This document shows positions 62,680-64,000 of a stretch of DNA of 64,000 bases, one piece after another (the stretch's first letter is position 1; every line of letters begins with the position of its first letter). Below the pieces are notes generated by a model, which was given only the letters and a program-made list of their open reading frames with translations, did not search any database and was not told the origin of the DNA. Both the position numbers and the translations under genes were made by a program. This DNA is from Raillietiella orientalis (lineage: Eukaryota): contig JAYWIR010000004.1 in the NCBI GenBank assembly GCA_036172245.1, forward strand, positions 1,240,001-1,304,000, written 5' to 3'.

Positions 62680-64000
62680 ATTGAGGCGACCTCATTGCGA
62701 GAAGATCGTGTAGATGACTGCTGACTGGGTTCAGACCGAAAGGGCTGCAGATTCTGCGGAAAACCTCATCATCGAGCTTACCTTTCCCTAGGCTTGGATG
62801 CCGCCACAGGGGTTTGGTCGCCTGCGATAATGCAGGATAAGTTCTATCTCGCCGGTAGGCATCTGTCGTCGCTAGGGCAGACAGAGCTGCGGCAAGAGGT
62901 GTGGCGTCCAGGGTCCTCAACTCATTCGGGTTCTGAGGTACCTTTTCTAAAGAATGGCTCAGGAAGAATCGCAAGGGACAAAGTTCCACTGGACACATTT
63001 CCTGGTTTGCAGCCCAGGATACGACCGTCTCCCGCCGCCAAGCAGTGGAATTCAGAGAGCAGCAGGAGATCCACGGATGGGCTTCCAGAAGGGAGACGAC
63101 TTGCCTGAGATGGAACCCATACCCCCCACGCACCCTGTACCGAAAGCTCAGCAGCAACGCGAGCTGTCCTTCGCTGGCGGCGCATCTCCGAAGCATGAGG
63201 CGCACAGACGCAGACCACGGGGAAATCCAAAGTTTGGTCGCGACTAACATACGGAGCTGCAATTTTCTCTGATTTTCTCTAGCATCAGGATGTCTAAGAC
63301 GACATTCCGGTGCGGAGCCACCGAGTCTTTGAGGTGGATCCTGGGCCACACATGTCCCCACAAAGTATTTCTCGACAGGCGTTGAGCCCGTAGCTTGGTC
63401 TGAGTAGGGGAGCAGCAAACGAAAAATAAAGGCAAGGAAGTGGAGCGAAGCAAACGTCCCAAACGGCAGCCCGCTCTGGCAAGACGAACTTGTCATCGCT
63501 GAACGGGTCAAAGGCCACGTCCGCCTTTCAAGGGCAGTCCGACCACTCTTTGGTGGCACCGAAATCGCCCAACGGGACGCCAAGGTACCTGAAATACTTG
63601 ATCGTATGTATCCTCAGGCAGATCCAGTCGGACTGCCCCTCCCACGTCGCACCGACTGGGAAGACCATGCACTTACTCCTGTCGATCTCACACCCGCTCC
63701 CCGACGGATCAGCTCGAACAAGTCCTTGAGCCCAGGAGAGAATCGCAGGCTGGTGCATGGTTTCTGCTGAAGGTTGCTAGAGAGAGCAATGCATGATTCT
63801 TCGCTTCGACGCGGCGGGTAGAATTGATCAGGCCTTCAGAAAGTATCGACCGGTCGACCTCTTCAAGAGCAGCATTCGTGACCCGAAGTACTTGCCCGTG
63901 GGTTCGGGAGACCTCTTTGTGGTTCACCTGTTCATCCTGGATCTGCATGCGCAGAGAGAACTCAACTCTTTGAATCTCCGAAGAGCGCACGGCCGGCGAA
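62680..64000 (-). mobile_element. Decayed L1/Tx1-like LINE (RT C-terminal half), running off the window end
   Basis: CEIDRSKCMVFPVG..KYFRYLGVPLG (RT domains 6-7) with frameshifts. Confidence 0.7.

Noticed and set aside
1..64000. Prokaryotic operon, defence system, retron or DGR interpretation of the RT fragments
   Set aside because: Spliceosomal introns, NOB1, U2 and APE/REL-linked RTs indicate a eukaryote with non-LTR retrotransposons; no template/variable repeat pair or msr-msd was seen.

Overview
Eukaryotic (invertebrate, probably arthropod or crustacean by inference) genomic DNA, not prokaryotic. The window is a tandem array of ~23-27 kb units. It holds three minus-strand, 9-exon genes for secreted astacin (M12A) metalloproteases with signal/pro-astacin-EGF-CUB architecture (960-8186, 27755-35387, 50444-59431), which I spliced by hand with GT-AG sites and consistent phases. 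Two copies of an intron-containing NOB1 pseudogene sit downstream of astacin copies 2 and 3, and the spacers are packed with decayed non-LTR retrotransposons: an L1/Tx1-like family with a distinctive hairpin 3' end, and an R2-superfamily REL element fused to the 5' end of U2 snRNA (Utopia-like). Most notable: (i) copy 3 has the catalytic HEXXH Glu changed to Asp, a LINE in intron 3 and a lost branch-point motif, yet keeps an intact ORF; (ii) amino-acid changes concentrate in the active-site exons while neighbouring introns are homogenised, alongside sharp gene-conversion tracts; (iii) the U2-retrotransposon junction. Most ORF-track entries are spurious. I found no evidence of a wholly new system beyond these observations.
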